Assembly (NCBI RefSeq): GCF_006345805.1
Contig: NC_043006.1
Coordinates: 1,798,001-1,862,000, forward strand
DNA length: 64,000 bases
DNA from: Octopus sinensis
Lineage: Eukaryota
Direction: 5' to 3'
The notes under the pieces were generated by a model. It saw nothing but the letters and a program-made list of their open reading frames with translations. It searched no databases and was not told the origin of the DNA. Positions 13,160 to 26,113 of this stretch are shown here, one piece after another; position 1 is the stretch's first letter; each line of letters begins with the position of its first letter. The translations under genes and the position numbers were made by a program.

Positions 13160-13833
13160 GTAAGTAAGAAAGCAACATTTTTCTCTTCCTTAAATAGTGA
13201 TTGAAACACCCTCATACCACACCCCACTATCTTTAAGAAAAAGAGAGAGAGAGAGAGAAAGAAAGGCACACAATGTCTTTGCTCATGTCTGTCTGTGCAG
13301 CCATGTGGGCATGAAAATGTGGATGTTAAAGCAATGATGATGATAATGATGTACAAACATTTATTATCATCATCATCCTATAATGTATAAGATGATGTAT
13401 ATATATAGTTCACTGAGGAGGCTTAACAAGTCAGAAACATGCCCAAAGTTATGTCCCATATTTGTTGAAATTATTAAAAATTACATTATGCAGTATGCTC
13501 TTGTTAGCTTTTTATTACTCCATTCATTGTGTTAATGCTAAAACATTAATTAAAGCGAACAGAATTATATGACTCTTTCTGTGACAATGGTAAATACACT
13601 GGAGAGTTCCAAAACTTACAGTGGAAGCAAGGAACTGGACTGCCAGCCTTGTGGGTGAGTTGCCCGGATTATTAACCCCATTGCCCTTGTGTCATTGTCA
13701 AACAATGTAAGGAAAATATATAAATATATCCAATTGGAAATGTTTTCAGAAAAGAGTTTCAGTTTTTCTCTCTTTTTTAAAACTTTGTCATTGAACATCA
13801 AACTTTTTATGTAATTTGTATCAATATTTTCAG

Positions 13834-13917
13834 ACACCCAAAAATTGTCCCTATCCAACGATCTTGGACATGCTGGATATAAAGAAGGCTGTTGTTGGCA
13901 ACTGTCTAATTGATCAG
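13834..13917 (+). CDS. SMC6: SMC6 hinge exon TPKNCPYPTILDMLDIKKAVVGNCLIDQ
   Basis: ttttcag / CAG|gtaatt; 84 nt, phase 0-0; PT.L..L.I...VV.N.LID motif of SMC6. Confidence 0.93.
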
Positions 13918-14004
13918 GTAATTAATTTTCAACTCTGATTGCTTTGATATCACAAAATGAACAAAAACTAGGAGAGGAATCAGATATAGTATGAAATGTT
14001 GATA

Positions 14005-14746
14005 CAATATAAAGGACATAATGGAAATTAATACGTACAAGTCAAAATTTTGTAACACCATTACGTCACATATGAAAAATACATCACTTAAATGGCAGCT
14101 ATTTTCAACTTCGCATGCCTGTGCTCTTTCCAAAACCTGTACCACAACATCCTCAAGAGTTTCAGACCCCACTTCTCTGATTTCTCTATTGATGCTCTCC
14201 TTCAGTTGCACCAGGGTCTCCGGTTTGTTGATGTAACCCCTCTCTTTCAGGTATCTCCACAAGAAAAAATCCAAGCTAGTCAAGTCTGCGGAACGTGAAG
14301 GCCATTCAAAGTAGACCTCACACATGGTTCCTGCAAGATGGGGCAACTGCTCATACCACAAAAGAAACAATGCAGTCACTATGGCAGCGCTTTGGAGAGA
14401 GAACGATCTCCTGCTACGGCAACGTCAACTGGCCTTCACGTTCCCCAGACTTGACTAGCTTGGATTTTTTCTTGTAGGGGATACCTGAAAGAGAGGGTTT
14501 ACGTCAACAAACCGGAGACCTTGGTGCAACTGAAGGAGAACATCACTAGAGTATTCAGAGAAGTGGGGTCTGAAACTCTTGAAGATCTTATGGTGCAAGT
14601 TTTGGAAAGAGCATGGGTGTGCAAAGTCGATGTCATTTTTCATTCGTGATGTAATGGCATTGCAAAATTTGACTTGTACATATTAATTTCCATTATGTCC
14701 TTTATATTGAAAATTGAAACCCGTCAGTGACTTTTGGGACACCTTG
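14005..14746. mobile_element. Tc1/mariner (maT/DD37D-like) transposase C-terminal remnant present as an inverted duplication; right TIR followed by (TA)n
   Basis: FLQDGATAH...WPSRSPDLTSLDFFL*GYLKERVY on +, WPSRSADLTSLDFFLWRYLKERGY on -; end ttttgggacaccttg|TA. Confidence 0.88.
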
Positions 14747-14768
14747 TATATATATATATATATATATA

Positions 14769-14849
<81 letters not shown>

Positions 14850-14850
14850 T
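14747..14850. repeat. (TA)n microsatellite
   Basis: direct reading. Confidence 0.97.
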
Positions 14851-15308
14851 TCGCAAATTAGCCAGTGAACTGGCAGAATCATTACTATGTCGAATGAAAT
14901 GCTTAATGGCATTTCTTCTTACTCTTTACATTCTGGGTTCGAATTCATTTTGCCGTTTATTTTTTGAGGGGGTTGATAAAGTAAGTACCAGTTAAAGACT
15001 GGGATCAACGTAATTGACTTCTCCTTTCCTGGTCTTGTACCAGAATCAGAAAGAATTCATGTGATTCTCAATTAGAATCAGTTTGGACTTTGTATTATAG
15101 GCTTCAGCAACTCTTAGCATGAAAAAATGTTTCCGGAAAGTCATGGAAGGAGCTGTGCTGTTTTCTGACTTTGTCTCTACAGGTGTTAGACAGGTGGAGT
15201 TTGAAAAGGTGCTCAGAGTTATGTTACTAGCAAAACCCATTAACTTCAAAATCACTAAAGTTTTCGGATACTTGAGTAACATTTATTTAATTTCACTAAA
15301 TGTCATTA

Positions 15309-15620
15309 GGGAGGCACTGTGGTTAGGGCAGCGGACTCACAGTCGGAGAATCACGGTTTTGATTCCCAGACCGAGCGTTGTGTGTTTATTGAGCGAAAAC
15401 ACCTAAAGCTCCACGAGGGTCCGGCAGGGAGGGGTGGCGACCCCTGCTGTACTCTTTTGCCCCAACTTTCTCTCACTCTTTCTTCCTGTTTCTTGAGTAA
15501 CGCTGCGATGGACTGGTGTCCCGTCCAGCTGGGGGGAACATATACGCCATAGAAACTGGGAAACCGGGCCCATGAACCTGGCTAGGCTTGAAAAGGGTGC
15601 AAAAAAACAAAAACAAAAAA
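15309..15620 (+). mobile_element. Apparently full-length tRNA-derived SINE with V-SINE-like motif and A-rich tail
   Basis: gtggttagggcagcggactc head, ggttttgattccc B-box, ctgcgatggactggtgtcccgtccag motif, A-rich tail. Confidence 0.7.
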
Positions 15621-15648
15621 GAATCATTAAAATTCTCTTATTTTTCAG

Positions 15649-15735
15649 CGAACAATAGAAAATATTATTTTAATTGAAGATCCTACTGAAGCCAGAAAGT
15701 TTATGAGAAGACATTCGTTACAGTTTATAAGAGAA
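15649..15735 (+). CDS. SMC6: SMC6 hinge exon RTIENIILIEDPTEARKFMRRHSLQFIRE
   Basis: tttttcag / gtaagt; 87 nt, phase 0-0; IE..LLI.....AR..M pattern. Confidence 0.92.
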
Positions 15736-16199
15736 GTAAGTTTTCCTTTCTTTCTCTCAGCTTTCCATTCCAGCATTTATAAACCAAAGTTTGTTGGTTC
15801 ATATTATGGAACACTTTGCTCTTGTGTCTGTTAAACATTGTCAGTAAAAATACTGTAACTATTAGCTTAGGGACAAGAAAATCCTTGAGATTTTATCAGT
15901 TGAAACATTTCAATGAAAATAATTAAAGAGACAAGGCATAGTATGTTTTAGATTAGGATGTTTAGTTAATATTTTTATTATACCATATGTGATGTGTGTA
16001 TTATTATGTCTTTATGCATAATATACATATATGATATTTGAATATTTTATGTCCATATTTCCACACTGGTATGGGTTTGATGGATACATATTTGAAGCAG
16101 TCTTTTACAGCTTGATGCCTTTCCTGTCATTTACACACATAATATACATTTGACATGTATTATACACATATGTGAAATGTATGTTATTAATATCATTAT

Positions 16200-17247
16200 C
16201 ATCATCAACATCCGTTTTCCATTGGTTGGATGGTTTGACTGAGAACTTGTAAGCCGAGGAGCTACACCAGGTTCCAATCCAATTGGGCATGGTTTCTACA
16301 GCTGGATGCCCTTCCTAATGCCAACCACTCTGAGAGTGTAGTGGGTGCTTTTTGTGTGCCACCAACACAGGTGTCATTGATGTGACACCAGCATCAGTCA
16401 TGACACTCACTTGGCTTGACAGGACTTCTCAAGCACAGTGTATCACCAAAGGTTTCGGTCACCTGTCACTGCCTCCGTGAGGCCCAACATTCAAACAGTG
16501 CTTTTTATGTGCCCATTATGCAACCCTGGCATTGGCCACGACTATGATTTCATTTGATTTAATGGGTCTTCTCAAGTACGGCATATCACCAAAGGTCTCA
16601 GTCACTTGGTCATTGCTTCCCTGAAGCCCAACATTTGAAGATCATGCTTCACCACCTTGTTCCATGTCTTCCTGGGTCCACCTCTTCCACAGGTTCCCTC
16701 CATCGTTTCAGTGCAGCACTTTGTCTCACAGCTATCCTTGTCCATAGGCATCACATGATCATACCAGCACAGTCATCTCCTTGCACACCACTTCTGATGC
16801 CTCTTATGCCTAACTTTTCTCTCAAGATGCTTGCATTCTGTTGTACATGCACACTGAGATTACACATCCAGCGAAGCATGCTAGCTTCATTTTTTACAAA
16901 GCTTCACATATCCTCATTAGTCACAGCCCATGTTTCACTGCTGTGTAGCATGGCTGTTCGCATACAGGCCTCATACAATCTGCTTTCACTCTGACAGAGA
17001 GGCCCTTTGTCACCAGCAGAGGCAGGAGCTCTCTGAACTTTGCCCAGCCTATTTTCATTCTAACAGCTATGCTCTCAGAGCATCCACCCCCGCTACTGAT
17101 TTGATCACCTAGATAATGGAAGCTATCAACTACTTCTAGTTTTCCCCACTGGCATTTGCTGGAGTCTATTTTCTGTACATTTTTAGTGTTAATTGTACCT
17201 GTGCACCTTCCACACACAAAAGCCATTTTCCTCTGATATTGCCGCAC
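16200..17247 (-). mobile_element. 5'-truncated RTE LINE (ORF2 C-terminus plus 3' UTR)
   Basis: FVCGRC...VVDSFHYLGDQISSGGGCSESIAVRMKIGWAKFRELLPLL, collinear with the RTE at 57650-59420. Confidence 0.88.
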
Positions 17248-19708
17248 CTCTTCACTTTTATAATATAAATATAAATATTGCTGTATCTCTTCATCATCCG
17301 TCCGTTTTCCGCGCTAGCACGGGTTGGACGGTTCGACCGGGGTCTGGGAAGCCAGGGGCTGCACCAAGCTCCAGTCTGATCTGGCAGTGTTTCTACAGCT
17401 GGATGCCCTTCCTAACGCCAACCACTCTGCGAGTGTAGTGGGTGCTTTTAACGTGCCACCGGCACGGAAGCCAGTCGAGGCGGCACTGGCATCGGCCACG
17501 TTCGGATGGTACTTTTTATGTGCCACTGGCACAGAAGCCAGTCGAAGCGGCGCTGGCATAAATCTATGACATGGACAGCTGAACTAACTGAAAAATTGTG
17601 TAAGAACAGTTTTGTCTTAAATGTTCTGTTTTTCTATCATTATTAAGTCTTTAATTTTATTAATTTGTGAGATAAAAAAATACAGAAAGCTTGGAATACA
17701 TGGATAATCCTTTTGTTACTGTTTCTGTTGAAATCCACTGCCATTGTTTTAATTAATTTTTAAGATAATGAAGAATTTAGTAAAATAACTTTGTCACTAT
17801 TAAACTAGTATTTGCAACATAAATTAACATCAAATTTTGATGGAAGGTTTAGATTTAGATCATTTTAAACTGTAAACCAGTATTGTAGAGCTAGGGGCAG
17901 TCCCAGACAGGTTGGTATCAAAAGGATCCATGTGAGTTTGGAGGGTGGGTCACAGTGTTGATGATGAGAAGAGGAAAGGATGCTGTGTAGAGTTGGGTAA
18001 GTTGGAGGTTGTTATGGATGGTTTTACTTCTCTGGTTCAGAAGAGAAAAAGCTTTTGTGGTAGTGTAAAGGGCAGGTCCGAGAAACAGTGGTTTTAATGT
18101 TGCTGTATGAGTTTCCTATTTCTTTACTACCCACAAGGGGCTAAACATAGAGGGGACGGACAAGGACAGACAAAGGGATTAAGTCGATTACATCAACTCC
18201 AGTGTGTAACTGGTACTTAATTTATCGACCCCGAAAGGACGAAAGGCAAAGTCGACCTCGGCGGAACTTGAACTCAGAACGTAAAGACAGACAAAATACC
18301 GCTAAGCATTTCGCCCGGTGTGCTAACGTTTCTGCCAGCTTACTGTATGAGTTTCCATCAGTGGGTTGGACGACATCCATTTGAATGCAGCCTTAAGATT
18401 TTTGTTTGTGTGTGTGTATAGCTTCAGCAAAGTATCGGATATAGGACTGTAGTTTTTTCTCTCTCTTGCTTATCCCTTACACAGGGTTAGCAATTGGCCG
18501 GAGACGAAATTTTTTCTGGTCCTGACGAGGAATCCCACTGTTTGTGATAGAAGTCTGGTAATGTAATAGAGATGTAAGGTTGCCGTGGGAGATCATCTAA
18601 GAGTGTGACATCACATTTCTATGCTGTTGGTCCATTAGAGTATGTTTGTGAGGTGTTCAATTCATGTGGGAATGATACCCATACATGTAGGAATGATACA
18701 TGTGGCAATTTAAGGAGGAGTGAAAGACAGTATCATCTGAATAGGACTTCATTTGGAAGGCATACGTCTTGGATAGAGAACTCAGATCCAAGGGGTAAGA
18801 AATGTTAGGAGCTCGTAGGTGAATAATTCAACTTGTGTCAGACAAGGTTGGCTGTGCTATCGATGTCATCAAAAGTAACGACATCTCTTTTGGTAAAGAT
18901 CTCAGAGGGGAAAGATTCCTGGATAGTGACATAGGGGGGGGGACAAGTCTTTAGTAGATCTAGCGCTACAGAAGCCATAATGGTAGTCATTGAAGGAGTA
19001 AGGAAATTCGTTCCATATCACCTTTGACAAGCTCAGAGTAAGAGAAATCAAAAGTTGTAGTTGGTAGGCTGAGAGATGTTGCTGTCTTTGGGAAGAAGAT
19101 GCAATACCAAGAGTCAGTGATTGGTATAAATCTCTGCTGAATGAAAAAGAATTAGATGGGAAGAGGTAGCTTGAGAGGATATTGTTTGAGGGTAATGAAA
19201 GAGATACCCTGAGAATCAGCTGTTTTGTTGGGTGAAAGTAATTAGAGAATAGCTTTGATTTCTTACCTGTTTAGAAAATAAGAAACAAGCATCTTTCTGT
19301 TTCTGTTCCCTTCATTTTAAAAATGCTGCTTTCCTTTTTTTTTTAACTTGTCTATAAATGTCATATCTTTGAAATGAAAAAAAACCCCACTATGTGTATT
19401 GAGCCATGAACTCACTTCATTTGTCGGGTCTTCACAGTCACAGCATATCTTAGGGATCTTGGTCTTCGTCCTTTCCTCTGTGAGGCCCTACGTGCCACCG
19501 GCACGGGTATCACAACTACAATATCCATATGATTTTTATTTTGATGTTGATGTACTTAACACAATAAGTCTCCTCAAATGCAGCAGGCCGTCCTGCAAGC
19601 CATGAACTCACTTCATTTTAAATATTCTCTTGCATTCTTTATCAGTTTTGTTCTCATTGTTGTTGGATTTTATATATTAAATAACATGGGGACCATCTAT
19701 TTTTTCAG

Positions 19709-19978
19709 GCATTCACATTAGAAGGTGACCAAATATTTCCTGAACCCAACTATCGTTATTATTCAAGTAACAGTAACCATTCCCAGTATTTATCAGCAAA
19801 TATGGGAGATGTTATTACAAACTGTGAAAACCAATTAAAATCAAAGCTAGACGAGCAAAGCTTCATGCAAGAACGCATGAACAGCGTATGTTCGTTGATG
19901 AATTCGAAAATGCAAGAAGAAAGGAAAGCTTCAAACGAGATTAAGAAACTTAGTGGTGCTTTACGCAAGTTGAATCTA
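19709..19978 (+). CDS. SMC6: SMC6 exon, hinge end into C-terminal coil AFTLEGDQIFPEPNYRYYSS...ALRKLNL
   Basis: tttttcag / gtaagt; 270 nt, phase 0-0; AFT..GDQ.F and RYYSS motifs. Confidence 0.95.
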
Positions 19979-20217
19979 GTAAGTAATTTTTGTTTTGAAC
20001 CAAGTTGTCCAATGCTTTGCTAATGAAATTAAGTGCACAGGAACATTGAAAAATTCGTCAGGAATATGTGTGTGTGTGTGTGTGTGTGCATGTACATACA
20101 TATGTACATAGTGAAGACGCATGGTTAAGTGGTTAGAGCATCGGGCTCACAGTCATGAGTTTATGAGTTCGATTCCCTGACCAGCTGTGTGTTGTATACT
20201 TGAGCAAGACGTTTATA

Positions 20218-21056
<839 letters not shown>

Positions 21057-21979
21057 ATCTGTCCATAAGGCACAAGAATGATTGTGTGGTTGTTAAAACG
21101 TTCACTTTGTAGCTGCATGGTTTTAGTTCAATCTCATTGTGTTTCACCTGAGGCAAGTGTTTTTGCTATAGCCCTAAGTTGATTTGTGAGTGGAATTTGG
21201 TGGATGGAAGCTGTGCAGAAAAGTAGCCCATCTTTGTGTTTTGCCTCTGTGTTTTCACAGTGACACTGCTTGGGCAAGGGTGCTGTTTTATTAAGTCCTG
21301 CATAAGCAATACACCCCCACAACTCCGTGGTCTCAAAATGTAAGATCCAGTGGAATAAAATACTGTACTCAAAAAATGAGTGGGAGTTGGCGTCAGAAAG
21401 GACATCTGGCTGAGGAATTGCTGTTTCAAGAAGTCTTAACTGACTCGTGCTAGCATGGGAAAAGTTCAACCCAGACGAGACATAAAATTGATAATGTGTG
21501 TGTGTCTGTATGTGCATGTGGATCAGTTAAAGAGATCCTCTTATTCTTTTACTTGTTTCCATCAGTTGACTGTGGTCATGCTGGAGCACCACCTTGAAGG
21601 GTTTTAATAAAACAAATCGACCCCAGGACTTCTTTTAAAGCCCAGTACTTATTCTGTCAGCCTGTTTTCCTCAACCGCTAAGTTACGGGGAAGCAAACAC
21701 ACCAACACTGGTTGTCAAGTGGTGATGGGGTGGGGGCAATCGCAGACCCTCCTACAGTGGGTATATTTCCCATGGTACTTGCATTATTAGCAAGGTTGTC
21801 AAGTCCTCAGCAAGACAGGACTAATTGGTGCATCTCAGCCTTATTATCCTTATGCTGACACCAGTCTCTCTTAGTATGCTTCAAGTAGCAAACATGGATT
21901 AGTGATGCAATGCAACTAGTTTCATGATATATTTTACTCAATAAATAGATTCAACAAGAAAATTATTCCTTACTTCCAG

Positions 21980-22036
21980 GAAATTGAAGAATTGCAGATC
22001 TTAGATGACATTGAACCGATTGATGTGATGGCGCTT
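21980..22036 (+). CDS. SMC6: SMC6 exon EIEELQILDDIEPIDVMAL
   Basis: cttccag / gtaagt; 57 nt, phase 0-0; resembles the EI.EL......D...L segment. Confidence 0.88.
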
Positions 22037-22077
22037 GTAAGTTGAGACTTTTTTTTTTTCTTTTTCCTATTAATATT

Positions 22078-22713
22078 GAACCCTTTAGCATTTAAGCTTG
22101 CCTTATAAGGCCCAAATATTCTTCCTGTTTAAGCTAACCATATAAGGCCCAAATAGTCTTCCTGTTTAAGCTAACCATATAAGGCCCAAATAGTCTTCCT
22201 GTTTTGTGTTCAAACCAGCCAAATGTGGCTTCTCGCATCTACTCTACAAAAGTAAACAATCGCTCCTTTGAAATCTCAAAACTACGAGATTTACCGTCCA
22301 ACCCATGCTAGCATGGAAAACGGACGCTAAACGATGATGATGATGATGTGCTGGTGGTACGTAAAAAAGACATTCGAGCGAGGTCGTGGCCAGTGCCGCT
22401 GGACTGGCTCCTGTGCAGGTGGCACATAAAAAGCACCATTTGAGCGTGGTCGTTGCCAGTACCACCAAACTGGCCCTCGTGCCAGTGGCATGTAAAAGCA
22501 CCCACTACACTCTCGGAGTGGTTGCTGTTAGGAAGGGCATCCAGCTGTAGAAACTCTGCCAGATCAGATTAGAGTCTGGTTCGCCAGACCTCAGTCAAAT
22601 CGTCCAACCCATGCTAGCATGGAAAGCAGACGTTAAACGATGAATGCATGATTAATTCAAAACGATGTGAACAGATTAGCATTACATTTGATAGATTAAT
22701 GCTAAAGGATTAA
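22078..22713. mobile_element. piggyBac-like MITE (aaccctttagcatt...aatgctaaag..ttaa) with a 37-bp internal triplication and nested RTE-tail inserts; related copies near 11040, 24265-24853, 27720, 35172
   Basis: terminal inverted sequence, TTAA at the right end, shared internal sequence among copies. Confidence 0.65.
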
Positions 22714-23121
22714 AATCTGCATAATAATACTGAAATTTCTGTTCCAAATACCCTTACTCAGATGAGAAATTGGTTTTTTATGTTGTGGCAGAATAAACTG
22801 ATAAAAAGGTAGACATCTTTAATCTTTGCCAACGTCGCCTGCGTGATCATTGCCAATGTCACCTTGCTGGCACCTGTGCCGGTGGCATGGGCAAAAAGAT
22901 TCGAGCAAGGTCATTGCCAGTACCGCCTGCCTGGCCCCCGTGTCATGGCATGTAAAAGGGCACCATTCAAGCGTGACCGTTGCCTTACTGGCACCTGTGC
23001 CGGTGGCATTGTAGGTGCATCATATCACTGTATTTTTGTTTCATTCTTGTGTGTGTATCATTTCCATTTTAAAGAAGTGGTTGTTAATTTTTTATTTTTT
23101 AAACCTCTCCTTGTTTGACAG

Positions 23122-23292
23122 GAAGAAGAGCATAAAAAGATAACCAGCAGCTTATCAAAGCACAAAGAATCTTATGCGGAAGAGAAAGAGAAATATAAGA
23201 AGATACAGTCGGAGACGAGTGAATTGGATCGAGTCTTCTCAGAAAAAGAGCAACAGTTGAGGTCGCTTACATCTCAGTTGGAAACTATCAGG
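23122..23292 (+). CDS. SMC6: SMC6 coiled-coil exon EEEHKKITSSLSKHK...SQLETIR
   Basis: tttgacag / AGG|gtactt; 171 nt open, phase 0-0. Confidence 0.87.
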
Positions 23293-24360
23293 GTACTTTT
23301 TTTCTCCTTTTTTTTTTTTGTTTCAGTCATTAGGCTGCGGCCATGCTGGGGCACCACTTTCAAGACTTTTTATTGAATGAATCAAACGCCAGTGCTTATT
23401 ATTATTTAAAAAATTTTTTTATAAAGCCTGGTACTTATTCAATTGGTCTCTTTTGCTGAGCTGCTTAGTTATGGGAACATAAACACACCAACGCTGGTTG
23501 TCAAGCGGTGGTGGGGGACAAAGACACACACACACACTCAGATATACGATGAGCTTCTTTCAGTTTCTGTCTGCTCATAAGGCTTTGGTTAGCCTGAAGC
23601 TATAGTAGAAGACCCTTGTTGAAGGTGCCATGCTGTGAAACTGAACCTGGAACCATGTGGTTGGGAAGCAAACTTCTTACCACACAGCCATACCCGCACT
23701 CATACTCTTTTACTTGTTTCAGTCATTTGACTGTGGCCATGCTGGAGCACTGCCTTTAGTCGACCAAATCGACACCAGGACTTATTCTTTGTAAGCCTAG
23801 TACTTTATTGGTCTATTTTGCCAAACTGCTAAGTTACAGGGACGTAAACACACCAGCATTGGTTGTCAAGCGATGTTGGGGGGACAAACACAGAAACATA
23901 TACACACTCATATATATATATATATATACACAACGGTCTTCTTTCAGTGTCCGTCTACCAAATCCACTCACAAGGCTTTGGTCATCCCGAGGCTATAGTA
24001 GAAGACATTTGCCCAAGGTGCCACGCAGTGGGACTGAACCCGGAACCATGTGGTTGGTAAGCAAGCTACTTACCACACAGCCACTCCTGCGCCTGAACAT
24101 TTTTATTAGATTATCTTCCAGTATTCCAACGTCCTGTTCTTTTTTGTTTTTTGTATATTGGCCTTGATTTGCAATACACACCTGGAATTGATGGTTAGTT
24201 ATGCTTCGTAATTATTACTAGAGCACTGAAAGAACAAAACACTCCTTGAATTGACTTCAACTTCCTTGCATTTAAACCAGCCACAGCAACTGGCCCCAAA
24301 TATTCTACTTGTTTTACATTCACACTGACAGGATGCAGCATCTCATACCTATTTGATAAA

Positions 24361-24727
24361 TCTCTCTATATATATATAAATGGCAAAATGTGTGTGTGTG
24401 TCCTTCATACAAATCCACAATTTTTCAGTTAGAGGTCTCGCACTTTCTATGGTCATTCAAAAACCGTCCAAGGGTGGTCATGCACATCTTTACATTTCCC
24501 CAGTCACCCCGTAAAGCCATTAAAAAATGAATAGAAGTGACTTTTTGTGAATTTCCTATCCAAAACCCAATCAAAATGCCCGAAACTTGATACGCCAATT
24601 GAATGCCAGCTAGCTGTATGTGATTGGTCAGAGATTTGGACAGTACTCGCGTGTATGTGCGCACGCATGCAGCTGTATATGCATGCACTAGCACTATGAC
24701 CTGGTGTTGCTGGGTCATAGTGCTAGT
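24361..24727 (+). mobile_element. Non-autonomous Helitron-like element nested in a MITE
   Basis: 5' TC...tatatataaa start, 3' hairpin and CTAG|T end. Confidence 0.7.
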
Positions 24728-25975
24728 CTATTTTAAAAATAAGCAATCACATCGGTGAAATTCAATGCTAGAAGATAATGCATGATTACTTCAAAACAAT
24801 GTGACTAAACAAACCTTGCATATGACAGAGAAATCTGAATGCTAAACGGTTAAATGAAAGGAGTTTCTTTCATTATCATCATCATTGTTTCAATGTCCAC
24901 TTTTCCCAGCTTGCATGGGTTAAGCAGAATTTGTCTTGCTCTTCTACAGTGAGACACCTTTCCTGTTGCCAATTCTCACCTGTTTCCAAGTAAGGTAATA
25001 TTTCAAATGATTTACTGCCAAGGTCGACTTTGCCTTTCATCCTTTCTGGGTTGATAAATTAAGTACCAGTTGCCTTCTGGATGTATTATTGCTTGCATAC
25101 ACTTTTTCAAGATCAGTGATGAAAAGTTACTGGAAAAAGGATATTAATATTTGCATTGGGAACTCCTTTCATCGAAAACCGGTGATTGTCATACGCCGAC
25201 GACAGGTCAATACCTAGAAACTGCAGTCCGTGCGTATCACTTAGGTTGACGAGGGAAGGATGACCTCCCTTTGCAAATACCGATAGGACACAGAAAGTGT
25301 GTCAATAGCCAGCTGGAGACGATGTTCTCTTGGGGCTACAAGCTACAGTAACACCCACCCTTAGTGGTTAGCCATATTGAGATGGCAAATATACCTCACA
25401 TGTTTATTTATATATCTATATAAAAGACCCCCTTCAGTCATGAATGACCATCAGATTGCACCTAGAATGTTCACCTCCAAGGCATGAGTCCGGGCAAGGT
25501 TGTTTGTGGAAGACCAGCAGTCACCTGTGTCGTACCAGTCTCTCCCCTTCATGCTAGCAGTGATGTCCAAGGGAAAGGCAAAGGGGCCGATACAGCTTGG
25601 CACCAGTGACGTCACAACTCATTTCTACAGCTGAGTGAACTGCAGCAATGCAAAATGAAATATCTTGCCTGAAAACAGAACACAGCCCATTCCAAAAATG
25701 TACATACACTTACACACACGTCTCGGTTTATGTGTGCAAAAGTCAGATATTTAATTCCTGGTTTAAATCTTTCTGTTTTTATTGGTGTAGTGTCTACAAT
25801 TTCAATCATGGTGCTTATAATTTGTTTTTTTATACACACACACACACACACAGTAAATACATATGTATATACATGTTTGTGTTTGTAAATATACACACAT
25901 ACATTTACATATTCATGCAAGCATATGTACACACACACACTTAAACCCATCAACATTTTGTGTATGTTTTCCCAG

Positions 25976-26113
25976 GAGGAGGAGGCACGGCTTCTGACCG
26001 ACCATGCTGAAGCAAAGTCTTATTATACCCACTATGAAAAAAAATTTGATGAACAGCAAAAGAAAATATCTCAGAAAATTGCCATTATAGAAAAAATAAA
26101 TGCTGAAATCAAG
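25976..26113 (+). CDS. SMC6: SMC6 coiled-coil exon EEEARLLTDHAEAKSYYTHYEKKFDEQ...NAEIK
   Basis: ttttcccag / AAG|gtaagt; 138 nt, phase 0-0; HYE.K motif. Confidence 0.9.

Noticed and set aside
18400-19270. Purine-rich stretch that may be an old retroelement
   Set aside because: No recognisable protein motif or terminus; cannot be classified by eye
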